From Auanema rhodensis (lineage: Eukaryota > Animalia > Nematoda), in contig OZ059898.1 in the NCBI GenBank assembly GCA_964057225.1, positions 7,998,001 through 8,062,000 of the forward strand: a stretch of 64,000 nucleotides of DNA, read 5' to 3'. Each line of letters opens with the position of its first letter. Within the stretch, counting starts at the first letter, position 1. The notes under the pieces are model-generated. The model was given only the letters and a program-made list of their open reading frames with translations. It had not been told where the DNA came from and ran no database searches. Position numbers and translations under genes: made by a program. Shown here one piece after another: positions 39,254 to 53,020 of the stretch.

Positions 39254-40621
39254 GGCTGAGTTTGAAAATAGGAAAAAGTATATATAGATAGATATGATCT
39301 ATAAATTCAAATTAATATTCAATCAATATGAAATAATTGCTATTTTAGAACATAAAAATTATTTTTATTATATTATCATTTACTTATTTTAATAAATATT
39401 CTGAAATAAGGGGGAAAAAATTGAAATCGTAGTCATATTTGATATTAAGCTGAACGATTTTTGCTCTTTTCGAATTTGTTAGGTACTTCAATGCATTGGA
39501 TGGACAAGTTGAAGCTGTTATGCTTTAATATCAAAAGGAATAGCTCGAAAACTCTTTTATGATTATCCAAATAATGAAATAGATGATGATGATGTTTCTT
39601 TAAGGATAGAAAGTTTTCAAAAAATAATAAAAAAATCATAGATAGTGTTAAAATATTTTTATTGACTTCAATAATTTTTCAATGAGTTACAGATATTTTT
39701 TTTATTTTGATCTGTTTATGTATTGTATATGTGTGATATGTACATACTATATACATATAGTGTAATGTGCAACTATTATTTCTCAAATAAGAAAACTTTT
39801 CTTCTAAAATATAAAAAAAGAAAATTAGTAATTGAATATTAAATGAAATACACATCATCTGTCTTTCATCAGACATATGCCTTTTTTTACTCACCGTAAC
39901 TGATATTATGACTTTTTGATCTCAAATATATAAAAATATAATATATATACATATATTAAAATGTTTTTACTAATATTTATATATTTTTTTAATTTGTTTT
40001 ATTGCAGATGATGATATGCTTTCAAATGGAGCTGAGCCGGAATATTTCGTTTCATGTGAGTTTTTAACATTTAAAATTATTCTTTATCATATATCTTTGT
40101 GATTTTGTATTTGTTTACTTAATCAAATACTTATTTTATTAATTATTTTTATTTTAATGATATGAGATTGTTTTGAAACTAAAATTTACTTTCAAACTTT
40201 GGAGGGGTGGGGGTACGTCGGGGAGATATGCTTACTATACTAAGCTGAACCAGGAAGTTAACATGTTTATAGTGGTCATGGTGGGTTATAACACATATTT
40301 TATATAAAATAACGTCATATAAGTATCTCATCATGGCTAGAATGTTGTGTTTGAAGTATCTGATTGTATAGAATCGAAGTATTAAATGCTGAAATTGAAG
40401 GAAATTAAAAGTATCAATTACATATCATTCCTTAATAAGCATGTATATATATACATATACATATATTTTCTATATATATATATATTCTTTTCGATTTATT
40501 AATTACTCATCAGATGAGAATTAGGGGGTTTGTTATAAATTCAACTTACTCTTATTAGCAACTTAAAGACTTTTCTCACTCTACTGCTCAAACTCTAGTA
40601 AACTCCCACGCAATCAGCTTG

Positions 40622-40654
<33 letters not shown>

Positions 40655-42612
40655 ATCTGTTTTCCTAATAGTATACATAAAGATATATATATATATATAT
40701 ATATATATCTTTCATGTATATCTTATATATATATGTATATCTATATTTCTATTTCTCTCTCTCCTTTTCTAACATTGTATTTAAGTTATCCAAATAACTA
40801 GATCTATGTATATGTATCGAAATCTCTTCCATTTTGCTTGATCTCTTTTCATCCATTTCGTTTTGAAAGCTTAATTTTGAAATAGAAAAGCAAAACTGGG
40901 ATTTGTTTATTATGAGTATTTCATGTCGTCCAGCCTTAAAAACAATTGGACGCCTGTAACACACAGCTTGAAATGAATGCATCAAATAGAATGCTTCCTA
41001 CCAGTCACAACAAAGGAAGAAGATATGCTGGCAGGGTCAAGGTGTTGAAATATTCAAAATAAATCCATAGAAATAATTGTTTATGTGATCATGAAAGTTT
41101 AATGAGAACAAATATATAAAAACCAATAAGTGCTGACATATAAAATAATATGTATTTACTAGAATATTATATGAAATTGAGGGGGAAGATTGTAAGAGAT
41201 AAGGCATGATAATGTACTGAGAGGTTCATTACTTTTTTAAGTTTTATATCCCAACCATCGTATTTTACCCCCTAGAGCTTCATAAAGGAACTAAGAGAGT
41301 GCAAATAAAACTTTTCTGTTTTTCCTCTATTAGCTATTCTCTTATTTAATGTTTCTGTTATTCTTTTATTTTAAGTTATCGTAATCTAATGTCCATAGTA
41401 GTTCATCTTCTGTCTTCTATCTTATGTGGATACATATATTGATTCTCACACCTCCACAATATTCTTCTGATTCGTCATCATCAATGTAATCCTCATTTCT
41501 TTTTCAACATCATCAAGAGTTTCTCCAAAAATTGCCCATGCTGTCGTTCAATTATCGTCATTCTCGAATCATTCACATCAAACATGCCACTGCATCATGG
41601 TTTCTGATTCAATCGTCAGCAAACAAATTAGGAATTCCAGATCGGTTCATACGTTTTCTGATTCTTCCATTCATTATGTTTGAATTTGATTTTATTCTAA
41701 TCAACTTGGGGAAATTTCTTTTTTCGAAAGTTTCTAAAGAAATTCATAAAAGAATAAGAATTATGTATATAATTATAATTTTAAATATATATATCATATA
41801 CATATATTTAATTTAAAACTTATACCTACCGCATATAATTAAAATAATAAAAAAAAAAGAATTTTAATTCTTATTTAAATTTATGTAAATAATTGTAAAG
41901 AGTACATTTATAATTATAATAAATTATAATAAAAAATAGTTAATTAAAGTAAACTCAATATGTATTGAGACTAAATTGGATCATAAGTTATGTTATAATT
42001 ATAATTTTACATACATAATTATGTAGTTCTTTAGTTCAACATCAATGTTTCTGTACGGATAACTTTAAAAATTCAAAAATCTTTTATATATTGAACTTTC
42101 ATCATCAAAGTTTCATAAGAGCATAATTAAATAAAAAAAAAAAGAAAAAGAATTGTAAATCTTTGATCTTTCTCATACTTGAGAATAATAGTTTTAATAA
42201 ACTATGAATATACTAGTAGTACAATAAGATCATTTTATTATATTTTTTTTTCTTTTTAATGATTTAAACTTTTAATATTGAGATATTGATTAATATGTAC
42301 GTAAGTATAATAAGTATGTATCTATTACATGTATCTATATTAGAATTTGAACTTTTTTCTTTTTATATTAAGGGAACTTTCGTATTCTGATGGATTTTCT
42401 ATCGATAAATGAGGGAATAAAAGAAATTTCAGAAAACATAAAATCATATAAAGCATTTAACATGCATGATATTTCTTTTTACATGTATACAAATATACAT
42501 ATGTATAAGATAGATATCTATATTTTTAGATTTTGATATACATAGATGTCTATTCTTAGTATTTTTAGCTCATATTCTTATATTCTTATAAAATTTGATG
42601 ATAGTAAGCTGT

Positions 42613-42681
<69 letters not shown>

Positions 42682-43702
42682 GAATTTCCAATATACTCTG
42701 ACAAGATAATACTAACAAAAAAAATTGAATTGACGTAGTGATTGAGTTGGTGAAGATAAATATTTATTCAATAACTTTCTATTTTCTTTTAGAAAGTATG
42801 ATTTTAGAATTTATACTGTGAAAATAATAATAATAATAATATACATATAGGTTTATATAATTTTTATTAATTTTTTAAAAAATTTAAAAAATAAAAAAGT
42901 TAACATTTATTTTCTATTTTGAGAATTTTTCAATCACGTAACTGTGTCTGTGTATGATCTCATTCATACATATACTCCCCCGAGATTATAAGCTATTAAG
43001 CTTCTACTTACTAATTTCAAATAACTTTTTAGTTTTCAATCTATCATTTTCTGACGTCAATTTGTATATTTGAGATGCTAATAATTAAAAGAAAATATTT
43101 CTCATGACCACATGAAGAATTAGAAAACATGGAATTTTGGTTAGACGCATAGATCAAATTTCCAAGAAATTTTTGATAAAATCATCCTGAGAACACAATT
43201 TTCAAAATGAAGAGAGCATTAATCGGATTTAAAAGTTTTTGCTGGGGCTAATGGAATCAGTCAGTAATCAGTTGAGGGTACAACAATTGAATCAAACAGA
43301 TGTGGAGTATATGATTTCTGAAGTCGGGAATAAGAAAGATGATCTATTCTGACTTTTCTTTCAAATTTTTCTTTTTTCTTTCTGAATATATAAAAAGTTT
43401 ATCATTATATTTTGGGTTTTCTTTTTAATATTAACAAAACTTTTTTTTATGTTTTTTTGAAAAACATCACCATTATTTTCTGTTTTTTTATTCAAATTTT
43501 CATATTTAATTCATATATTTATTATTATATCAAATATATGTATAATTTTAATTTTTTTTCAGATTATAAGAAAGCCGGGCCACAAGGTCCGCTTCGCTTT
43601 GGAAAACGACGTGGAGGTCCATCTGGTCCACTTCGCTTTGGCAAACGATCTAGTGCCGTCAATTCACCTATCTTCTATGGCATGCCATACGATCTGAATT
43701 GA
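36812..43702 (+). CDS. flp-15: FMRFamide-like neuropeptide precursor FLP-15
   Basis: Exons 36812-36896, 40008-40055 and 43563-43702 (phase-1 introns) give MFFPSILRLGLLALICAFFVMPSASASTDDDMLSNGAEPEYFVSYYKKAGPQGPLRFGKRRGGPSGPLRFGKRSSAVNSPIFYGMPYDLN*: signal peptide plus two GPxGPLRF-G-KR peptides. Confidence 0.92.
37051..37090. repeat. 10-bp minisatellite in flp-15 intron 1
   Basis: AACCTTTGGA AACCTTTGGA AACCTTTGAA AACTTTTGAA. Confidence 0.85.
42615..42680. repeat. (CT)n microsatellite
   Basis: 33 CT units in flp-15 intron 2. Confidence 0.97.
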
Positions 43703-45817
43703 GAATGGATTAGAGCTATAGAGTCGTCGTCATCATCTGAATTCTTGGCATCAGGCAACCGTACATAAGACAATATCATTTATCAACATGTACTCCGTTA
43801 TCATAACAAAATAAGAACAAAACAGAGGCCAACTTATCGTATCTAACCTTAGAAGCTTTGACCGAAAATCCAATTATTTTGTCTTCTGAACAGTACTGTA
43901 GCTAGTATTCGACGATGACCATTCAGTTTTATTTCTTCCCAATTCCGAACAGTAATCTTCAGATCTTTGTTATTCAGAATTCAGTTGTCGATTAATTCAG
44001 ATTTGAAGCATTTCAGCCATTTAGAGTCATATCGTGGTGTATCTCTCAGAACAAATTTTTTTTGCTCTTTTTCCCCTTTATATTTTCAATTTTTCCAAAT
44101 TGACCAACCAAATAAAGCAATCAATGTTGTATAAATTATTTCTTTTTTTCTTAAATTAATTATAAAACAAAATGGCTGTTTCATAATATCTTCCTTCATT
44201 CATTTTCATTTTTTATAATTTTTTTTGAGAAATGACGAATTGGAGCAAAATAAAAAGAAACCAAAAAAAAAAGGAATATAAGAACTTTATTCCATTATTT
44301 TCTGAAAAGTTACTCATATTTTTCCTCACAAGTTATGGGATACGACAATCCACATTGCGAAAGAACATAAAGCTTTGTTAATATACATTGTTTATTTTAT
44401 TATTCATTTAAAAAAAAGTAAGTACTCTTCTATACTATACTATATATGCATAATTAATGTGCTTTTTGAGGTATAAATGCAGAAAATGATGAAAAAGACG
44501 TGAAATCATGTTTTGAATGGATAGTTATTATAAAAAGAAATTGTCAAAAAAGGGTACGATCATAAGACATACTATTTTTTAGAAGAAAAATAATAAAAAA
44601 TTTGCAGTTAAATTTCGAGAATTATTCAAAATTGAAAAAGAATTCTCCGGTTCTTCCTCCATCATCCTCATCATCATCGTCATCTTGTTCTCCCCTCTTC
44701 TTCTTCTGTTCCTTTGTTCAACCATTATTCGTTTCAAAGATTCTCCCTTCTTCTTCTCTTCTTCTTTACCTTTCTCTCTTATTCTCTGGTATAGTTGAAC
44801 AGTCTCTTTATTATTTCCTTTCTTTTCCTCTTCTTTACTATGCCTTCCTCTTGATGTCTTCACACCCTATCCAGTATTTTCTTTTCCGACTAAGTACATC
44901 ATCAGATGGCTGATGGAGATGAGGTGAACTTGACAACATCATCTGAATGTTAGAGAGGTCAAAACCACAAAGACTCGCCAATTTGCAGATCAAAAGTCCG
45001 GGTTTCTCTTAATAACACAACTCTAATTGATTGCAATTCGATGTTTTACAGATATTCTCCTCGAATTTGCAATCACCTGTCCTCAAAACCACTCATCACT
45101 ACAATCACGGTCGTCCCTACTGCGTTTGTGTCCGATTTTTGTTTGAAAAACACAAAAACACTGAAATGTTTTTTAATGTACTGTGTGTTGAATCCCTTTT
45201 TATTCAAGCTTGTCAGATTCAAGTGAATTGGTTAAGAAGAAAAAGTTTTCTTTTTCCTTTCGGTTGTCGTTTTCATTCATATTGTAACCCATTCTAACGG
45301 TTAAGTTTGTTTATCTTTGCATGGATATAACAAAAAGAAATCTTGGACGGGGCATACAAGAGAGAATAAGATGATGAAGAAAAAGAAGAAGACGTCGGTA
45401 GGGTGAAGAGAGAAGGCAAATGGAAGAGAAGTTACGATTAGCTGAGCGGCATCGATTCTGAATAGAGAAGCCCTACACCAGGGTACACCGTTTTCATCAA
45501 TTTTCTCTCTCTCTTCTCTTAGATGAACGAACTCCCTTCGTGTTCTTCAGAACTTCGTTTTCATACTCATTCACAGTAGACCCTCTCAGTGTGATCAGTC
45601 TCTTCACACAATTTTGCTCTGTTGTCAACTTGTCTTTGTGCGTGTCGATCTAAAGTAAACAGCGCATGGTCTTCTTTGCCTGAGGGACCAACAGTTCAAT
45701 GGATCAATTACAGTCCTTTAGGAAGAAAACAATTTTTCCTCGGAATTTTCGTTCAATGAAAAATTGAAATAAGCAAACAAAGACATTCAAGTATATGTAG
45801 CAAACATCACGTACCGA

Positions 45818-45842
45818 GTTTTCACGTGTAACACGTGAAAAC
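45818..45842. promoter_or_regulatory. Perfect 25-bp palindrome carrying two CACGTG E-boxes
   Basis: GTTTTCACGTGT-A-ACACGTGAAAAC. Confidence 0.45.
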
Positions 45843-46235
45843 CAAAATGAAATTATTTTTATATTTGCAAATGCAGAAATTGCTTGACTACACTGATTAT
45901 ATCTAGAACTTGAACTTTGTTCATTTTCAAATTTTTATGAAGGAAAGTACGAATTAGATATAGTTTCAATAGCTTTATGATGGTCTAATAGGTGCCCATA
46001 AAACAGTTAAAGTTCATATATCGTATCCTATTGCTATGGTTTGACGATCAAACATTTGATTGGTCATTGCTAAAGGAATAGGTAAAATATATACTATATG
46101 TACTATATAAATATAAATATCTATATATATATATAGTTTCAACGGTATCGTTATTAAACAGTTAAATTGCCTATTTCCCACATGAACATAATATTTCATG
46201 TACTAGACGGGAATCTTCACAGTTTTCAGAAATAA

Positions 46236-46238
<3 letters not shown>

Positions 46239-46280
<42 letters not shown>

Positions 46281-46319
46281 GAGAGAGGGAGAGAGAGAGA
46301 GAGAAAGAGGGAGAGAGAA
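46239..46319. repeat. (GA)n microsatellite
   Basis: Long interrupted GA tract. Confidence 0.95.
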
Positions 46320-46975
46320 AGAAAAAGAGAAAGAGAAAATGTTTCTTTTTCTTCGCTCTTCTCTTCATACAGATTGCTAAAGACGTCCTTGTATGAATAT
46401 TCTCTCGTTAAATATCTCCCTGTTTCCTATTATTTTCCTATACCTCTTTCTCTTTCTTCCCTCAACTATCTACTATTCTTATTTCTATTCTCTTCATTTC
46501 TTCTCCTTCCTCTCTGAACTCTTTCTATCTCATGAAAATCTTAGAAAATACCGCCAGTTCGACCTTACAACTTGAACAGACTGTGAAACAGAGGTAAAGA
46601 ATGAGAGAAGAAAGGAGGAAATACTAGGTAAACAGGACTAACCTAATGGGTTACCACAATATGATCTCATCAACTCATTCACTTGTCTTCATTTATTTTT
46701 GTTATATGGTTCTTCCAACTCAGACAAGGTCAAACAAAGCCTGAACGAACTAAGGATCAATGAGGATCAGTTGTTACCATATTTGATCATTTTTATCAAC
46801 ATATTGATCAGGATTTCTCATATATCGTAGGAAAATTGTTAAACTTATATCTGAACGATTTCAAAATTAAACAAAAAGTTTAGGCAAAAGAAATATTTTG
46901 AAAGGAACTTTATTAAATAAAATACATAATATAAGAAGAATAATACAGTTCAAAGCACATAAATTGAAAAATATC

Positions 46976-47033
46976 TGAAGAGAGCGACTCCATGACAGTA
47001 GCCGGTATTGAACTGTCAACAGACTGCTCTCTT
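46976..47033 (-). ncRNA. mir-46: microRNA precursor mir-46 (miR-46/47/281 family)
   Basis: Reverse complement of 46976-46997 is UGUCAUGGAGUCGCUCUCUUCA, matching C. elegans miR-46-3p as I recall it. The 5p arm (47033-47012), AAGAGAGCAGUCUGUUGACAGU, pairs with it across a 14-nt loop. Confidence 0.95.
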
Positions 47034-48426
47034 AAGCTATTCTCAATATATTTATATATTATATATCGAATAAAAAAGAGAAGACTTACAAACTATGTGA
47101 TAAACTTACTTTTTTCACAAAAAGTTAGTTAAAAACTTAAATCTTTATCATCTTCGGCCACCATTTTGTTGATTGTAAATGATTGGGTTACGGTAATTAT
47201 GTAGTGGGTACTGTATCATGTGGGAATGAAGAGAGAAATAATTAATCAGAGAATCAAGTGAATGCATGAAAATGAGATGTTTGGTGGTCAGAAACTGTTG
47301 GTCAAGTTAGTAAGTGGAAGCGAAACTCTTTTGACGTTTTAAAGACCTGCAGATTAGTGGACGATCGTATTAGTATGTTATGGAAAACTTTTATCGTTTT
47401 TTTATTTTTCGTTTACAAACATATTTCTTTTTGTTTGAAAACAAAGAAGAAATCTTCTTTGTTTTTATAAAATAATTAAAATGAGCCTGAAAGTATTTAA
47501 ATAGAAGAAGATTATAATGCTGAAGTGGTTGACTACAAGATATGGTTCAAGTACTTCAAGATAGGTGTACTTAGTATGTCTGACCATGATCAAACGAACT
47601 TATGATCTTGAACTAAATATATTCTTGAAGAATTGAATAGTCGGATATGAGGAAGTAGGTGAGGGAAAGGGTGAGAGGTATTGCAAATATCTGGCAAGAG
47701 GCAAAGACGGAAGAATAAGGTAGTTCATTATTTGAATGATAATTGGGATATCTGTGAAAATGAGAAAAACGATTGAAACTAAACTATATTGGAAGAGTAT
47801 AAATGGGAAAGTATCAAACAAGACAGAAGAGAGAGAAGCCGTAGTCATCGTTAGTTGTAGTTACATCGTCGTCGTTGTCGTCATCCTCCTCGTGTCTTTC
47901 ATTGAACAATGAAGAACCAGTTATGTGTGGCATCAACACACTGCACTTCGGGACATGAAGAAAGGATGTAAAAGCCAGAAAAGTGCTTTTTGATTTTCCT
48001 TTTCAATCTGGACAGTGAGTCTCGATGATGAAGATGAGACAACTATAAGGCTAACTAGCCTCACACCAATGAAAATGTTTTCTCTGTGAGGGAAAGACAT
48101 CCGAAACATGTTGGACATTCTTCCATCTTCACCTCTCAGATTACTGCAAGCGTAGACTGAGTGGTGTGAGCACAACGGTATTCTCTGAATTCAAGACTCT
48201 ATTGTTTCAAATCCTCATCTTCTACTTCAGTCAATGCTTTGAAGAATGAGTAAAATAGTCAACCAAAGACAAAACAACAGAGCCCAGAGATCAGCAGAAT
48301 CAGAACTTCTTCATAAAATCTGCGAAGATAAGATGAGTTCGTAAAACATGACGTAGATGATGATGATGAAAATGAAGAAAAATGAAGAGAAGTTGACCTG
48401 ACAACCGTCACTGAACAGTGACAGCC

Positions 48427-48434
48427 CTTTTATG
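48427..48434 (-). promoter_or_regulatory. Possible TATA-like element for pri-mir-46
   Basis: CATAAAAG on the minus strand, with a GC-rich block (48470-48550) just upstream, about 1.4 kb upstream of the hairpin. Confidence 0.3.
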
Positions 48435-49914
48435 GTCGACAACACCTTTTCGCACATTTCGTTTGAGGGGGGAGGTGGAGGACGACTGTGGTGACTTGCG
48501 TTAGCCACGCCTACTTACGGATCGCCACCTCCGCCCCACTAACTCCTCCCCACAGCCATCTTGTATTCAGTCAATTTTGAGGGTTAGATAGTAACAATAA
48601 TAAGAGATTTTATAGGAAATATATTCTAACGTTTTGAGTCTTTCGTGAAGAAACTCAGATTGTACACTGGTAATACTGAAATATGAGAAGGTAAACTCTT
48701 CTATCCCATTGGTGTAAACATCATCTGCTATCGTATCCTTGAAGTTTTAACTCAAATTGTATGTAATGTACTTGACCATGTAATGGAAAAATCGTTAATA
48801 CCGTCTAGATATTGAATAATGGTTGCCAACTGGAAAATTAGGAATAGGATAATGGACCAGGAAATGCTAAGCCTAGACAGCATTAAGAGCGAGACGTCTA
48901 AATGAGATCAAGACGACAGACTTGAACTGTATTGTCCACAATTCCATAAAAAACTACATATATGAAAAAGAAAAAGCATATAGTTAAGCGATGATTAGAA
49001 GAAGAAGAAAAAATTAAATCGTCAAATACAATACAGTTATACTATGTATTATATATGGAGAACGACAGACAATTGTAAAAATTTTGAAGGCTAATGACAT
49101 GAAATGGAAAAGAAAGTTCTAAAAGAGATTAAAGAAAAAGGAAGAGAAAAATCTAAGAAAATAATCAAATCATCAAAGTTTTTCGAAGAAATTCTCTCGC
49201 ATAATCAATATATTCAATTATAACTTCATGATGTTTACAATCATTTTAGATAATATTAAGGTTGACTATAGTATAAGAATTATATTTTTTTTCGCCAAAA
49301 AACTTTTACTTTGTAGTCTTAAAAGGAGAGAAAGAGAGGGGGGGGTGAGCTAAATCTTTAAATTTGCTTAAATTTGATGTATTTATCTCATTTATCTTTC
49401 GATGTCAATCATACTAATTGTTTGTTTGTTTCACATGACGTACGGAAGTAGTAAAATAATTCTAATTCTTCTGAAATTCAATAGAATATTCTGAAGAAGA
49501 AGGCAAAAAAAAACTTTAACGTCAAAAAACAGCCATTAAAATAGACGAAATACGGCATATGTTAAAGACATTAATGGCAGGATTGACGTAAATTTGACAG
49601 ACGAAAAACTCAAAATTTCTGATCAAAAATTCTTTGAGGCTGTAACAATCAGCAAAGAAAGTTTTTATATTTTCTTCAACTTAACTGTAGCCAAATGAAG
49701 ATATCTACTCGTTTACTTACCATTTTCAATATTCAATAGGTGTGACGTCATCCGAATAAACATGAAACTTCCGAAAATTAACCATAGAAATTGCTGTAAG
49801 AGAGCACTTCGTGAACAAGTGCTGATTTACAAAATCGATTTCTTACAATCATTTTCCACTTAAACGTTTTACTTCTGAAAAAAAAATTATTTTAGTGTTA
49901 TTAGAAACTAATAC

Positions 49915-49947
<33 letters not shown>

Positions 49948-50605
49948 AAGAGAGAGAGAGAGGGAGAGAAAGAGAGAGATGTGGGCTATTGGACAGAGAG
50001 GCAAATCATGGAGATATTAAGTAAAGAATTATGGAAAATATAAGAAATATATGAAGAAACTAGTTAAGTTGTCATTCTTTTTGAATTATTTTTTTGTTCA
50101 ATCAAGCAGTACTAGTTGTGAATCAAGTAGATAATCAAAATCTATACCCAAAATATCCAATTACATTAGATTTTGTTTGTAAATTGAAGATTGATGAATT
50201 AACAAGTTTTATATATTATTAAAATAATTATATAATTAAATTAATAATTTGAATATTTAAAATAATTTATAATAATTATATTTATATTTATATTATATAA
50301 TTAATATTTATTTAATATATCAATTTCATTTTCATTATTTTTTTATTAGAAATTTGCTTAAGTTCAAATGATTTACATGATTTGTTCAGACATGTGTTAC
50401 AACCAAATTTGGATAGTACGAGATATTATGTCACCATTCATCAATGTTTCCATCAATCGTCTTTCTACTCAATTCATCTTCATCTTTTCCTATCTCTCTT
50501 TTATTCGTCGCCGTTATGTCGTCGTGATAGAGACCACCTACATACCATTACAAACTTCTTACCCCGCCTTCTTTTTACCATCAAAAGTCCCTCTATCTTA
50601 CTCTT

Positions 50606-50608
<3 letters not shown>

Positions 50609-50646
<38 letters not shown>
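50609..50646. repeat. (TC)n microsatellite
   Basis: Direct inspection. Confidence 0.9.
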
Positions 50647-50652
<6 letters not shown>

Positions 50653-52511
50653 TACCTTCTCTCTTTCTATTGTTTTCTAGCTATTGATATATGATGAGAA
50701 TGCCAACCAGTACAATTCAGGAAGCAGATAGCAGTAAATAAGAAGGAAACTATTGCAATAGTTAAGAAAACATTCGGAACGACTCAAACCAGGAAACAGC
50801 TTTGATCAAGAGAACTTTGTCAAGAACAACAGAACGTTATCATCTCCAGACAATGTCTTTCCATCTCTCTCCCTCTCTTTCTCTCTCTCTCTCTCTATCT
50901 TTCTTTCTCTATCTTTCTCTTTTTATATTCATTATCATGCTCTTAATTTGTAGACACACGAGGCCAGTCTGAAGACAGTACATGGACGTTAGAGGCGCTT
51001 ATGTCGTCAGTTAGATGGCCGTTTGCGATAGATCACTCATTCTATCACCATATTTGACACGCTCATTTGCACTTGGCTCGATCATCATGAAGATTTTCTG
51101 ATGATTTTCCGTTTATAGGGCTAAAGATAACCGTATAAATCACATAAATAAAAGAAAATGTTGCTATTTATAAATGAAAAAAAAAGAAGAAATATGTCTT
51201 TTATTCTTCTCAAAAACAAAAGTTAAAAGATTATAAAATATGTGATTTTGATTATATAATTCATATAATATTAAAAAAATAAAAATATTTCAGAAAAATC
51301 GAGAAATAATATGTTAGATACAAGAAAATGAAATAGAAAAATAAAATAAAAATTCATTATACGTAATAGTGAATGTGAAAAAGTTTTGTTATAATGTCTT
51401 AATGTTACTTCTAACGTATAAACAATGACAAATATAGTAAAAGCTAGATATATATTGGAACTTGATCTAGTTCATCCTACGAAAAATGACCAAAGAAATA
51501 TAAATCAGCAGCCATGAGGAGAACATTCGACTCAACTAGGCAATAAGCTTCTTTTCTCCTCTCTTTCTCGATTTCTTTCTTTCTTTTTTAAAATATAAAT
51601 CTTGTGGTATATGCTAGAAATGTCTAATTTCAATTGAAATAGACTGAATGAAAAAGCTAAAGAAGAGCTAAACAGATATAAACAGAGAAGATGATGAAGA
51701 AGAAACAGTATTAAGCGACCTTGGCCGGCAAATAGTCATTTATGACCATTTAAATAAAGGCAAAAGAAAAAGAAGAAGAAAAAGAAGTAAGAATGAATCA
51801 AAAAAACTTGTCTCAGTCTTCATCTTAACTTCTCATATACCGCCCCTTAGATGTTGGAGCTTGAAGCCTGTAGTAGACGACTTGTCATTAGTCCAGTCTT
51901 TTACATTCAAACTCTCTCGTAATTTATAATTCTAAAAGTTCTATTTCTTTTTTATTATAATACATACACATATACTCCTTTCTCTCTCTCTCTCTCTCTT
52001 TTGTTCTCTTTATTAATAATCTAATACTATATAGTTCTTTACTGATTACTTCATCTTTTTTTTATTAACCATTACATAATATAAGAAATACATATTGATT
52101 ATATAAAGCTTTAAACTATCACATGTTATTAGATCATTCTATTGTTATTGTTTATTGATTATATTTATAAATATTATAGCTTATCATAATAAATTTATAT
52201 GGAATATATCTCTATATATATATATAAATCAAGAATAAATAAATTTTAATAATTAATAATATAAAAATAAATAAATATCTTGAAGAATAAATTATAAGAC
52301 CAATGACAATACTATATAACTTAAATATGAAATTATTGAATCAATTAGATTTCTGAAAATCCATATAATATATATTGATTATATGAATTTTCATATATAG
52401 ATACAATATATATTTATATATAAATCATATAATATTATTATCAAATAAAAATTTTTATATAGAATGAAAATACAATAAATAAATTGTTTATTAGAATTTA
52501 AAATAATAATA

Positions 52512-52514
<3 letters not shown>

Positions 52515-52562
<48 letters not shown>
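52515..52562. repeat. (AT)n microsatellite
   Basis: Direct inspection. Confidence 0.95.
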
Positions 52563-52565
<3 letters not shown>

Positions 52566-52856
52566 ATAAATAAAAAGAATTTTATGTGAATAACAGGTAT
52601 AAATTAAAATTTCAAATGATTGTTATACTTAGTTATCTTTATATATTATATATAAATACATCAACATATAAATATATAAATATAAATAAATATATAATAT
52701 AACCATCGACTAAAACTATTTTTCTTCAATCTAAGAAAAGATTTAAAATGGTTTATCCGGCAATAATTAAAGATTATTCAAACTTTAAGAAAGATTGAAC
52801 ATCTTTATTTTCTTCTTCAAAACATTTGTCATTGCTATTTCAATATATTTCATATA

Positions 52857-53020
52857 TTAGGTGGTTGCATTGTTCCCCTGCCCCCCTTGAGAAAAATTAA
52901 ATATTATGCTAATTTTACAAAATTTAAAAAAAATAAAAACTTTTCGCTAAATATGTTTTTTTTACTATTTTAGGGGGTTGAGTGGGGGGGGGGGGGCAGG
53001 GGAACAATGCAACCACCTAA
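52857..53020. mobile_element. 164-bp MITE, Tc1/mariner-like
   Basis: Perfect 30-bp TIRs TTAGGTGGTTGCATTGTTCCCCTGCCCCCC (52857-52886) and reverse complement (52991-53020); TA on both flanks (52855-56, 53021-22); AT-rich non-coding interior. Confidence 0.88.

Noticed and set aside
43412-43562. Hydrophobic N-terminus of the 43412 ORF as the FLP-15 signal peptide
   Set aside because: Intronic T-rich sequence ending in TTTTCAG; the real signal exon is at 36812
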